37,575 nucleotides of DNA from Patescibacteria group bacterium (GCA_038056715.1 JBBUEZ010000004.1:1-37575); one strand, 5' to 3'; numbered from the stretch's first letter, positions 1 to 7,221 are shown. The notes: generated by a model from the sequence alone, not told the origin. Program-made: numbers and translations.

Positions 1-140
1 TTTTTGGATTTCTGTATTATTTGATTTGGATTAAAAAATTTTCTTCCCCCAAAATTAAAACATGGTTCGAGCTGATGTTTTTCTCCGGGCTCTTTTGCGG
101 TTTTTAGTCGTGCGGCTCCGCCGCGCTTGGGAATTTTTGG

Positions 141-211
141 TGCGGGTGGGGGGAATCGAACCCCCGTCCCAGTCTTGGAAGGACCGCATTCTACCACTAA
201 ACTACACCCGC
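141..211 (-). tRNA. tRNA-Gly (anticodon UCC)
   Basis: The reverse complement GCGGGTG..CACCCGCA folds as a cloverleaf. Anticodon loop is CTTCCAA and T-arm is GGGGGTTCGATTCCCCC. No CCA is encoded. Confidence 0.9.
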
Positions 212-273
212 AATTTGCTAAATATAGCGTATTTTCTCCCCCGCCACAACATAATGTGCGATATAATGCGGGC

Positions 274-1419
274 ATGGTCCGCATTCTGCATATCGGCATA
301 CTTTTTTTTGCGACGTTCTTTACGTTTCTGTTTCTCACTGGCAACCCGATTCGAGAGACATATGTTTCTGCGCCGCCAGCGCCGAAAGAAACAGCGCCGA
401 CAGACCCCAAAACAGAGAGGTCGGATACTGACAAAAAACAAGAAAAAACGACAATCGCCGAAGACACTGCCCGCGCTACGGATGCTGTTTCAAAAATAGC
501 CGAGACAGTTGCCGGTCTCCGGCAAAAAATTGCAGATGTTGTCTCCATGAGCTCCGTACCGCTGCCGTCGCAATCCCCAGAAGAAACCAACGCGGCGGCG
601 CGCGCGGCGCTCGTGAATATCTATTGCGCGACCCAATCAGCGGGGACAACCCGCCTCTCAACGGGAAGTGGCGTCATGATTAACCCGCGCGGCATTATCC
701 TCACGAACGCGCATGTCGCACAACACTTCCTTTTTGAAAACGCGCCTGCGTTCGGAAACACCGACTGCATCATTCGCGCCGGCTCTCCCGCCTCCCCTTT
801 CTACGACGCGGAAATACTTTATATTTCGCCTTCGTGGATAAAAGAGAATGCGGCGGCGTTCAGAGAAGAAAACCCGCGCGGCACCGGCGAAAACGATTTC
901 GCGCTTCTCTATGTCACTCGCTCGCTCAGAAAAGACACTTCTTTGCCGGAGCAATTCCCCTATCTCACACCAGAAACAGACGCCGAGACAATTAGAAAAG
1001 GTGATTCCGTTCTCCTCGCAAGTTATCCTGCAGGATTCTTGGGGAGCATTGCGATACAAAAAGACCTTTATCAAACAAGCACTATAGCCCAAATCAAAGA
1101 ACTGTTCACCTTCAAAGAAAACTCCGTTGACATGTTTTCAGTCGGCGGCAATGTTGTTGCGCAGAAGGGGTCTTCCGGTAGCGGTGCTGTGAGTCTCACA
1201 ACCGGAAAAATCCTCGGCATTGTCGTTACAAGCGGCGAGAGCGAAACAACAGATGGCCGCAACTTACAAGTAATTGTGTTCGCGCACATGTCAGAAAGCA
1301 TGAAAAAGGATGTCGGGTTCACGCTCGAAGAATTCCTTTCCGGAGACCCTTCCGCGGAAGCGGCATCATTCCAGAAAAACGTCTCCCCCGTTCTTCTGCA
1401 ACTATTGAGCGCACAATAA
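274..1419 (+). CDS. Secreted/membrane-anchored trypsin-like serine protease (S1 family, HtrA-like core without an obvious PDZ)
   Basis: Catalytic triad context is LTNAHV, NDFALLYV, GSSGSGAV, after an N-terminal hydrophobic segment. The ATG at 274 is chosen because the longer ORF (127) overlaps tRNA-Gly. TATAAT at 262-267 lies 6 nt upstream. Confidence 0.8.
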   Translation: MVRILHIGILFFATFFTFLFLTGNPIRETYVSAPPAPKETAPTDPKTERSDTDKKQEKTTIAEDTARATDAVSKIAETVAGLRQKIADVVSMSSVPLPSQSPEETNAAARAALVNIYCATQSAGTTRLSTGSGVMINPRGIILTNAHVAQHFLFENAPAFGNTDCIIRAGSPASPFYDAEILYISPSWIKENAAAFREENPRGTGENDFALLYVTRSLRKDTSLPEQFPYLTPETDAETIRKGDSVLLASYPAGFLGSIAIQKDLYQTSTIAQIKELFTFKENSVDMFSVGGNVVAQKGSSGSGAVSLTTGKILGIVVTSGESETTDGRNLQVIVFAHMSESMKKDVGFTLEEFLSGDPSAEAASFQKNVSPVLLQLLSAQ

Positions 1420-1442
1420 AATCCCCACACCAAATTTCATGA

Positions 1443-1467
1443 TCGGGCCGCCGAGATTTGAACTCGG
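1443..1467 (-). other. Orphan tRNA-like 3' fragment (T-arm plus acceptor 3' strand only)
   Basis: The minus strand reads CCGAG-TTCAAAT-CTCGG-CGGCCCG-A. No matching 5' acceptor strand ([CU]GGG[CU][CU]G), D-arm or 7-nt anticodon loop occurs in the 130 nt before tRNA-Pro. Confidence 0.35.
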
Positions 1468-1572
1468 ACTATGCCTACATGAGCAGGTATGCGTGGCGGG
1501 GCGAACCAAATCTGTTAAAAGTTTCCCGTGCGGTTTCCTGCGGAGACTTCCTGTGTTTCTATTTAAAAACTA

Positions 1573-1645
1573 GTCGGGGTACTCGGATTTGAACCGAGAC
1601 TAAATCCTCCCAAAGGACTTGTGCTACCGTTACACTATACCCCGA
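1573..1645 (-). tRNA. tRNA-Pro (anticodon UGG)
   Basis: The reverse complement TCGGGGT..ACCCCGA-C has anticodon loop TTTGGGA and T-arm CTCGGTTCAAATCCGAG. Confidence 0.9.
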
Positions 1646-1814
1646 TTATTTATACCTTTACTGTTTCTAATCTCACTATGTAAAATCCGATGACAATTTG
1701 CGCAAACAACTTCGCATTTCTTTATCTCATTTTTAATACGATCAAAACCTACGGCCCATACTGCTTACAATGCAATGCATCTTACCATTCGCTCTCGGAA
1801 AAAGAAACATAAAC

Positions 1815-1946
1815 CCCCACACCTTTCCTCACATGATGCCCCCATATTTTAACCGGTAACATGTAAATGGGGTTATATGCTCATTAGAAGCCAATTTATT
1901 CTTTAGAATAGAGACGTGTAAAAATAATGTGAGGAAAGGTGTGGGG
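1815..1946. repeat. Perfect 20-bp inverted repeat pair enclosing 92 nt
   Basis: CCCCACACCTTTCCTCACAT (1815-1834) is the exact reverse complement of 1927-1946. The interior has a nested CCCCAT..ATGGGG pairing. Confidence 0.8.
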
Positions 1947-1977
1947 ATAAAGGACAATGTCCTACATAAAGGACATC

Positions 1978-2385
1978 TTAAAGGACAATATTTTTGGTGT
2001 GTCGTACGACCGCTTTCTTCGTCGCCTGGTCAAGAAAGACCGCGATGATCGAGAATTCCCACTCCGTTTCACGTGGAACATTCCTGTCTAACAAATAGGT
2101 CTGAATCGCGCGTTTCAACCGAGCAATCTTATTGCTGTGCACCATCTCCTCTGGAGAAAAGTCGGATGTTTCACGTGAAATGTCCGTACTAGAGATTTCA
2201 CGTGAAACCGTCTTCACCTCAACAAAATGAAGCGTTTCCCTATTCCACGATGTTTCACGTGCAACAATATCCAACTCCCCCCACTTTTTGCGATAATTAC
2301 GCTCAATGATCTCAAAACTCTTACCTTCCAAATATCTTGTCGCAACATCCTCTCCTATAGAACCTACCGTATTATGTTTAGCCAT
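1978..2385 (-). CDS. yraN: YraN-family (UPF0102) predicted endonuclease
   Basis: G-x-x-GE..A..YL, then GELDIVA and FVEVKT motifs, with a C-terminal EFSIIAV strand. This matches the family layout. Confidence 0.8.
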   Translation of the reverse strand: MAKHNTVGSIGEDVATRYLEGKSFEIIERNYRKKWGELDIVARETSWNRETLHFVEVKTVSREISSTDISRETSDFSPEEMVHSNKIARLKRAIQTYLLDRNVPRETEWEFSIIAVFLDQATKKAVVRHTKNIVL

Positions 2386-2635
2386 TTCCTCAAAATACTA
2401 TCACAAAAGGTTTCACGTGTAACACCAACCATTATCAGCCGGCACCCACTCATTTGCCAAGGACAGTCCTTGCTAGACTTATGGGCTAGAATAGGGGGAT
2501 GCCCTAACGCTCTGTCTGGTTGTTATCTGTGCTACGGAAAAGCAAGACAAATAAATACTAAACTAATCAACCTACAGAAACGGAAAAATCTCAATAAAAC
2601 CACCTCCACCCCCCTTCAAATGTCTCACGTGAAAC
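2066..2635. repeat. Six dispersed copies of a (G)TTTCACGTG(AAA) motif
   Basis: Copies lie at 2066-2075, 2168-2180, 2196-2208, 2252-2261, 2410-2419 and 2626-2635 (inverted). Two are perfect 12-bp palindromes TTTCACGTGAAA. I saw only two other CACGTG sites in the whole window. Confidence 0.85.
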
Positions 2636-2673
2636 ACTCCAAAGTGTTTCTTAAGAAACACTTTGGAGTGTTT
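2632..2673. repeat. Perfect 42-bp palindrome
   Basis: AAACACTCCAAAGTGTTTCTT|AAGAAACACTTTGGAGTGTTT was checked base by base. It overlaps the sixth CACGTG motif copy and is followed by an AT-rich tract. Confidence 0.9.
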
Positions 2674-2746
2674 TGATTAAAACGACATAAAAGTCCTTAT
2701 TTAAAGCCATTTTATTGGACTTTTAATATCTAATAAAAGTCGTCCT

Positions 2747-2775
2747 TTATACACATGTCCACCGAGTTATCCACA
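2747..2775 (+). promoter_or_regulatory. Two DnaA-box-like 9-mers in direct orientation
   Basis: TTATACACA (2747-2755) and TTATCCACA (2767-2775) both fit TTATNCACA. They sit next to an AT-rich stretch at 2675-2745. Confidence 0.35.
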
Positions 2776-2924
2776 GTTTTGGACGTTTTCCGCCTTATTC
2801 CTGCGTTTCGTGTCTTTCATTTTTCCCAATCATGTTGTGAGATTTAGTGTCCTTGATACCTCTCTCTATGCTATATATAAATGGCCGCCGCTTACGCGAC
2901 GACCATTGTCTGCTTTTTTGGTCA

Positions 2925-3131
2925 TTAGCCGCGGCGAATTCCTCCGCCGCCAATAGGATGTTTCTCAAGGACATCGCTGATGTCCCCGTAGTAACAATCC
3001 TGGTTGACCTCCGCGCCGTTGATAGTAGGACGCTTACCATCAACGCGTGGCTCAAGCGGATTTCCACAACCACAGCCGCACACCTTCTTTCGCGGCGGAA
3101 GATCCGCCGCATCTTTCAACGATAAAGTCAT
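2925..3131 (-). CDS. Small Cys-containing hypothetical protein (68 aa, CGCGCG motif)
   Basis: GGAGGAGG lies 8 nt upstream of the ATG. The start overlaps the stop of the upstream small ORF (ATGA). Confidence 0.6.
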   Translation of the reverse strand: MTLSLKDAADLPPRKKVCGCGCGNPLEPRVDGKRPTINGAEVNQDCYYGDISDVLEKHPIGGGGIRRG

Positions 3132-3289
3132 CGCGAGATCCTCCTCCAGAAGTGTCGTATTACCTCGCGCCGTTTCCGGCGATACTTCGCACCCATACTA
3201 TCAATACTCATGCGGGTAAAGGGGTGAAAAAAGAGCCACATGATCCAAATCACCTCTTCAAATGCCCGCCGCGCATAAGAACGCAACAT
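3128..3289 (-). CDS. Small basic protein with one hydrophobic segment (53 aa; below the ORF-track cutoff)
   Basis: AAGGAGGG lies 7 nt upstream of the ATG. Hand translation gives MLRSYARRAFEEVIWIMWLFFHPF... The TGA overlaps the next ATG. Confidence 0.5.
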   Translation of the reverse strand: MLRSYARRAFEEVIWIMWLFFHPFTRMSIDSMGAKYRRKRREVIRHFWRRISR

Positions 3290-3574
3290 TATTGAACCCT
3301 CCTTAACAAGGTTTCGGTTGTGATGCTCGCCTATGCCGACTATACCCGCTTTCTATTTGACAAGCAACGTGCGCATTTTTATTGGAAGCGGCCAGAATAC
3401 CCCGTCCGCTTGGCGGCGGGGATGAATGGCCGCATAATGAATTGTGCGCCCGGTGGGGCGCGCCTTGCCAACAAAGTTTTCCCGGTGCCCCGCCTCATAC
3501 CCCGCCCTAGTACTCCGAGGGAACCGCTTGCGGCGGGGATAGGACGGGGCAAATTTTATGAGTTAAAAAGGATC

Positions 3575-3605
3575 GGCAAACCGCACGAGTTTGCCTCGTT
3601 TTTTT
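3575..3605. terminator. Hairpin with T-runs on both sides (bidirectional terminator downstream of tRNA-Gly-GCC)
   Basis: GGCAAAC-cgcacga-GTTTGCC is followed by TCGTTTTTTT on the plus strand and GATCCTTTTT on the minus strand. Confidence 0.55.
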
Positions 3606-3606
3606 G

Positions 3607-3677
3607 TGCGGGCAAGGGTAATCGAAACCCTGTCTCGTCCTTGGCAAGGACGCGTTCTACCACTGAACCATGCCCGC
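3607..3677 (-). tRNA. tRNA-Gly (anticodon GCC)
   Basis: The reverse complement GCGGGCA..TGCCCGC-A has anticodon loop TTGCCAA and T-arm AGGGTTTCGATTACCCT. Confidence 0.9.
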
Positions 3678-3687
3678 AATGTGCGTG

Positions 3688-3716
3688 ATTATAGCCGATA
3701 ATCTTCTTTGTCTCAA
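3688..3716 (-). promoter_or_regulatory. Sigma-70-like promoter for tRNA-Gly-GCC
   Basis: The minus strand reads TTGAGA, a 17-nt spacer, then TATAAT. The -10 ends 10 nt before the mature tRNA 5' end. Confidence 0.55.
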
Positions 3717-3755
3717 ACTGTTGGCATATATGCGGTGCTCGCACTCTTTTATTTC

Positions 3756-3790
3756 ATATCATACCAAACACTCGGTGTTTGGTATGATAT
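3756..3790. repeat. Perfect 16-bp-stem hairpin (ATATCATACCAAACAC-tcg-GTGTTTGGTATGATAT)
   Basis: Its 19-nt core AAACACTCGGTGTTTGGTA recurs identically at 15718-15736. Confidence 0.85.
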
Positions 3791-3944
3791 CATGAGGACC
3801 GCGAGTACGCTTATCGGTCCTTACAGGACCAGTACACCTTTCGCATCGTGCTCGTGCTACTCCGCGCGATATGCTCAAGGTCTTCAATTCCTCACGCCGC
3901 GCGCGCAAGCGCGCGGCTACTCGGTCATTTTCGCTTCGCTCAAA

Positions 3945-4016
3945 TGCCCTCATGAGGAATCGAACCTCAATTACAAGCTTCGGAAGCTTGCGTCCTATCC
4001 GTTGAACGATAAGGGC
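3945..4016 (-). tRNA. tRNA-Arg (anticodon CCG)
   Basis: The reverse complement GCCCTTA..TGAGGGC-A has anticodon loop TTCCGAA and T-arm TGAGGTTCGATTCCTCA. Confidence 0.88.
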
Positions 4017-4059
4017 TCTTTGGTGTTGGTGTCCGTTGAACGACGGGGAACTATCAAAA

Positions 4060-4132
4060 TGCGCCCGGCAGGAATCGAACCCACAACCCTCTGCTTCGAA
4101 GGCAGATGCTCTATCCGTTGAGCTACGGGCGC
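4060..4132 (-). tRNA. tRNA-Arg (anticodon UCG)
   Basis: The reverse complement GCGCCCG..CGGGCGC-A has anticodon loop CTTCGAA and T-loop TTCGATT. Confidence 0.88.
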
Positions 4133-4194
4133 AGAATATTATTGCATCATAACGCGGAATTTGGAAATGGGCAAAAATACGATACAATGCCAGC

Positions 4195-5682
4195 ATGAAA
4201 CTATTCTCTGTTCCGAAAGAAATTGAAAATGTAACGGGGGCCCTGCAAGAAGCTGGATTTCAAGCGTATTTGGTTGGCGGATGCGTGCGCGATATGGTCC
4301 GCGTGGAGAAACCGAAAGATTGGGACGTGGCAACGGATGCAACGCCTGATGAAATTCAAAAAATATTTCCACATGCATTCTATGAGAATGAATTTGGAAC
4401 TGTTGGCGTGGTAAATGATCCCTCGACTGGCTCGGGACAGGCGATAGATGAGACGCTGAAAGTCGTGGAAGTCACGCCGTTTCGCATAGAAGGGAAATAC
4501 ACGGACGGAAGGCGTCCGGACACGGTGCATTGGAGCAAACATTTGAGCGACGATTTGAAGCGGCGCGATTTCACGATGAACGCAATCGCGTATGACCCGA
4601 CGGAAGACAAACTTGTTGACCCGTTTGGCGGGCAGGCGCATATCAAAGACAAGATGATTGTTGCGGTGGGGGAACCGGAAGAACGATTCGCGGAAGATTA
4701 TCTTCGCATGCTTCGCGCGGTGCGATTTTCCGCGGAACTGGGGTTTGCGATAGAAGTGCGCACGATGGACGCAATTCGCGCGCATGCGAAAAATATCACG
4801 GCGGTCTCCGCGGAGCGCGTGCGTGAAGAATTTTCAAAACTCGTGATGTCGGCGCGCCCGAAAGAGGGAATTGAGATCGCGCATGAACTGGGCATCTTGG
4901 CGCATATCGCGCCGGAAATGGAAAAGGGGATTAGCGTGGAGCAAAACGGCGACCACATCTACGACGTGTGGGAACACAATCTTCGCGCGCTCCAGCATTC
5001 CGCGGATAGGCAGTGGCCACTTCAGGTGCGGCTTGCCGCGATGCTCCATGATGTATCCAAGCCGGAAACAAGGCGGTGGTCAAAAGAAAAAAATGACTGG
5101 ACGTTCTACGGACATGATGTGGTGGGCGGTCGCGTTGCGCGAGAGGTTTTGACACGGCTCAAATATCCGAAAGAAATTGTGGAGAATGTGTCCAAACTGG
5201 TGCGCTATCATCTTTTTTTCAGCGATATTGAAAAAATTACGCTCTCCGCGGTGCGGCGCATCGTTTCTAATGTCGGTCCCGAACTTGTGTGGGACCTGAT
5301 GGACGTGCGCGCCTGCGACCGAATAGGCATGGGACGCCCGAAAGAAACGCCGTATCGCCTGCGCAAATATCACTCTATGATAGAAGAGGCGATGCGCGCG
5401 CCGGTATCTGTGGGAATGCTTAAAATTGACGGCGCGAAAATTATGGAAATAACCCACGAGAAACCGGGGCCTCGCTTGGGCTGGATACTCCACGCGCTTT
5501 TGGAGGGTGCGCTTGAAAATCCCGATATCAATACGGAGGATGAAATGGCATCGCGCGCGCTGACACTTGCAAAACTTTCCGACACGGAATTACGCGCGAT
5601 AGGGGAGGCAGGCAAAGTAAAAAAAGAGCAGGAGGAAAAAAAGGAATTGGAAGAAATCAGAAAGCGATATGGAGTAAAATAG
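4195..5682 (+). CDS. cca: CCA-adding tRNA nucleotidyltransferase with HD domain
   Basis: N-terminal LVGGCVRD..DWD polymerase-beta motif, an RRDFTMNA motif, and an HD region (HDVSKP, YGHD). TACAAT lies 6 nt before the ATG, with TTGGAA at the -35 position. Confidence 0.9.
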   Translation: MKLFSVPKEIENVTGALQEAGFQAYLVGGCVRDMVRVEKPKDWDVATDATPDEIQKIFPHAFYENEFGTVGVVNDPSTGSGQAIDETLKVVEVTPFRIEGKYTDGRRPDTVHWSKHLSDDLKRRDFTMNAIAYDPTEDKLVDPFGGQAHIKDKMIVAVGEPEERFAEDYLRMLRAVRFSAELGFAIEVRTMDAIRAHAKNITAVSAERVREEFSKLVMSARPKEGIEIAHELGILAHIAPEMEKGISVEQNGDHIYDVWEHNLRALQHSADRQWPLQVRLAAMLHDVSKPETRRWSKEKNDWTFYGHDVVGGRVAREVLTRLKYPKEIVENVSKLVRYHLFFSDIEKITLSAVRRIVSNVGPELVWDLMDVRACDRIGMGRPKETPYRLRKYHSMIEEAMRAPVSVGMLKIDGAKIMEITHEKPGPRLGWILHALLEGALENPDINTEDEMASRALTLAKLSDTELRAIGEAGKVKKEQEEKKELEEIRKRYGVK

Positions 5683-5782
5683 GAAAAGAAAAAAGTTTAG
5701 AAAAATAATGGAGCATGGCGGAATATATTTTTCTAAACCCCGCCATAATTTTACCGCCAGAAGATCATGAAATCAGACTACG

Positions 5783-5818
5783 TTAGACAAACAGTAACGG
5801 CCGTTACTGTTTGTCTAA
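5783..5818. repeat. Perfect 36-bp palindrome
   Basis: The sequence is TTAGACAAACAGTAACGG|CCGTTACTGTTTGTCTAA. Confidence 0.85.
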
Positions 5819-5912
5819 AGTTATAGATTGTATACGTTAAGCATGACAAATATACCACCCCTTGTCGGGCGAAGCGCGACGCCGTAAACTTACAAGTAAA
5901 ATTAGGGCGGGG

Positions 5913-5951
5913 GAATTGGCGGAAATTAGGAAAAGGTATGGGGTGAAATAA
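5913..5951 (+). repeat. Reiterated cca 3' end, copy B (encodes ELAEIRKRYGVK*)
   Basis: It aligns codon for codon with 5644-5682. The differences leave the encoded peptide nearly unchanged (one residue differs). Confidence 0.8.
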
Positions 5952-5953
5952 TT

Positions 5954-6961
5954 ATGAAATACTCATTTTCAAAAATATTCCTGGCGGTAATGTTAATCTT
6001 CTTTGCCTCCGATGTTAGTCTTGCGCAAACACAATATAAATATAGTTCTCTCAAGGAGATTTTTGAAAACTCCGATTCCTACAATAATAAAAATGTTTCT
6101 ACCGGAGGGACTGTTTCTGAAATATTGGATTCTGCAACTCTTAGTGGATCAAGGTATATTTTTGGTTTTTGGATGATTGATGAAAATAAAAATACAATAC
6201 GCGTTGTAAGTGCTGATAATATGGTTTTAATTGATGGAAATGTTGTAATAGTTGATGGTAGGTATTACAAAAGATTATATGCCGATGACCTCAATTTTGA
6301 TGACACAATTGTTGCTTCGGGTGATAATATACAAGTCGTTTTAACTGCTAGTGAGTTGTGGAATGACATACTTGGTCCATTTGGAGAATCTTTGAATATT
6401 GGCGATAGGCTAGCAACCAAAAATGAGTCCTTACAAAAAAGAAGTATTGTTCTTGCAGCCTTAATCCCATTGTTTACGGCCGGAGCGTTTTATCTCGGCC
6501 TTATATTTTACAAACGAAGACAGTTTAAAGGGAGAAGCTTTGAGGGGTATGTGGAAAGCCTTTTCCGCAATAACAAGGAATGGAGAGTGGGGCAAGATAA
6601 TTCATACAGAAAACTGCGGAAAGGGTGGGTGGAATCCTATGGCAATCCTGACTTTGTATTTATTCACCGGAGAACGAATCAAAAAATAGCGGTGGAATGC
6701 AAATATAAAGAAAAGGAATACGAGAGAATTTTTTGGGCTGACGAGAATCAAATTGAACGTTACCAAGATTTTTCTGCTAAAGAAAAAATGCCGGTCCTTG
6801 TGATTATTGGGGTTGGTGGCAGACCAAAGAATCCAAAAAGGATGTTTTTTGCGCCACTAGATAAGATTAAATATCCCGATGTAAAAATGGATTATCTGCA
6901 AAAGTTTGAGCGAGACCCGAGAAAACCTCTCTCGCTTGATAGTAATGGGAAGTTGGTTTAA
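5954..6961 (+). CDS. Signal peptide + extracytoplasmic beta-rich domain + TM + cytoplasmic PD-(D/E)xK nuclease-like domain
   Basis: The signal peptide is MKYSFSKIFLAVMLIFFASDVSLAQ and the TM is IVLAALIPLFTAGAFYLGLIFY. The nuclease-type motif is NPDFVF..IAVECKYK (D..ExK). The gene is visibly AT-rich. Confidence 0.65.
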   Translation: MKYSFSKIFLAVMLIFFASDVSLAQTQYKYSSLKEIFENSDSYNNKNVSTGGTVSEILDSATLSGSRYIFGFWMIDENKNTIRVVSADNMVLIDGNVVIVDGRYYKRLYADDLNFDDTIVASGDNIQVVLTASELWNDILGPFGESLNIGDRLATKNESLQKRSIVLAALIPLFTAGAFYLGLIFYKRRQFKGRSFEGYVESLFRNNKEWRVGQDNSYRKLRKGWVESYGNPDFVFIHRRTNQKIAVECKYKEKEYERIFWADENQIERYQDFSAKEKMPVLVIIGVGGRPKNPKRMFFAPLDKIKYPDVKMDYLQKFERDPRKPLSLDSNGKLV

Positions 6962-6988
6962 TAAAATCGCCCTTTCTTGAAGAAGATA

Positions 6989-7221
6989 TTATTTCTTGAG
7001 CAATAATTTCAATTCATCAACAGAAAGTCGCGCTTGTTTCATTATTTCTTTGAGTAGCCAGCGGGGAATATCTTTTGCGTGATAGGGAATAGTTGCGTAT
7101 CTACGCGAATCGGTCGCATGTTGAAGTCTAATATGGCTTCCTGTTTGGCGAACAATTTTAAAGCCCCCCTTGAGGAGGGCCTGATGAGTATTCGCGCGGT
7201 AACGATTGGAACAATGCTCAT
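6989..7221 (-). pseudogene. hicA: HicA-family toxin gene with a 1-nt frameshift
   Basis: The ATG frame gives MSIVPIVTARILIR. The HicA body (ALLKGGFKIVRQTGSHIRLQH..IPYHAKDIP..) continues in another frame with no start codon of its own. The span is 233 nt, not a multiple of 3. The shift lies near 7180. Confidence 0.7.

Noticed and set aside
127-273. N-terminal extension of the 430-aa ORF (TTG start at 127).
   Set aside because: It overlaps tRNA-Gly(UCC) on the opposite strand and translates to non-protein-like sequence. The ATG at 274, with a -10 box 6 nt upstream, is the sensible start.
2632-2775. Calling this the chromosomal replication origin.
   Set aside because: There are only two DnaA boxes, no dnaA or dnaN gene nearby, and no skew information can be obtained from one window. 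It is kept as a low-interest finding rather than a feature call.
3355-3606. A plus-strand sRNA driven by TTGACA..TATTGG and ended by the hairpin at 3575.
   Set aside because: The -10 box is weak, and the hairpin has T-runs on both sides. It is adequately explained as the terminator of the minus-strand tRNA-Gly gene. Only the internal GC-rich repeats are reported.
3708-4196. ORFs of 137 and 145 aa on both strands.
   Set aside because: They are spanned by two well-folded tRNA-Arg genes and GC-rich spacer hairpins. They have no RBS or promoter, so they are treated as spurious.
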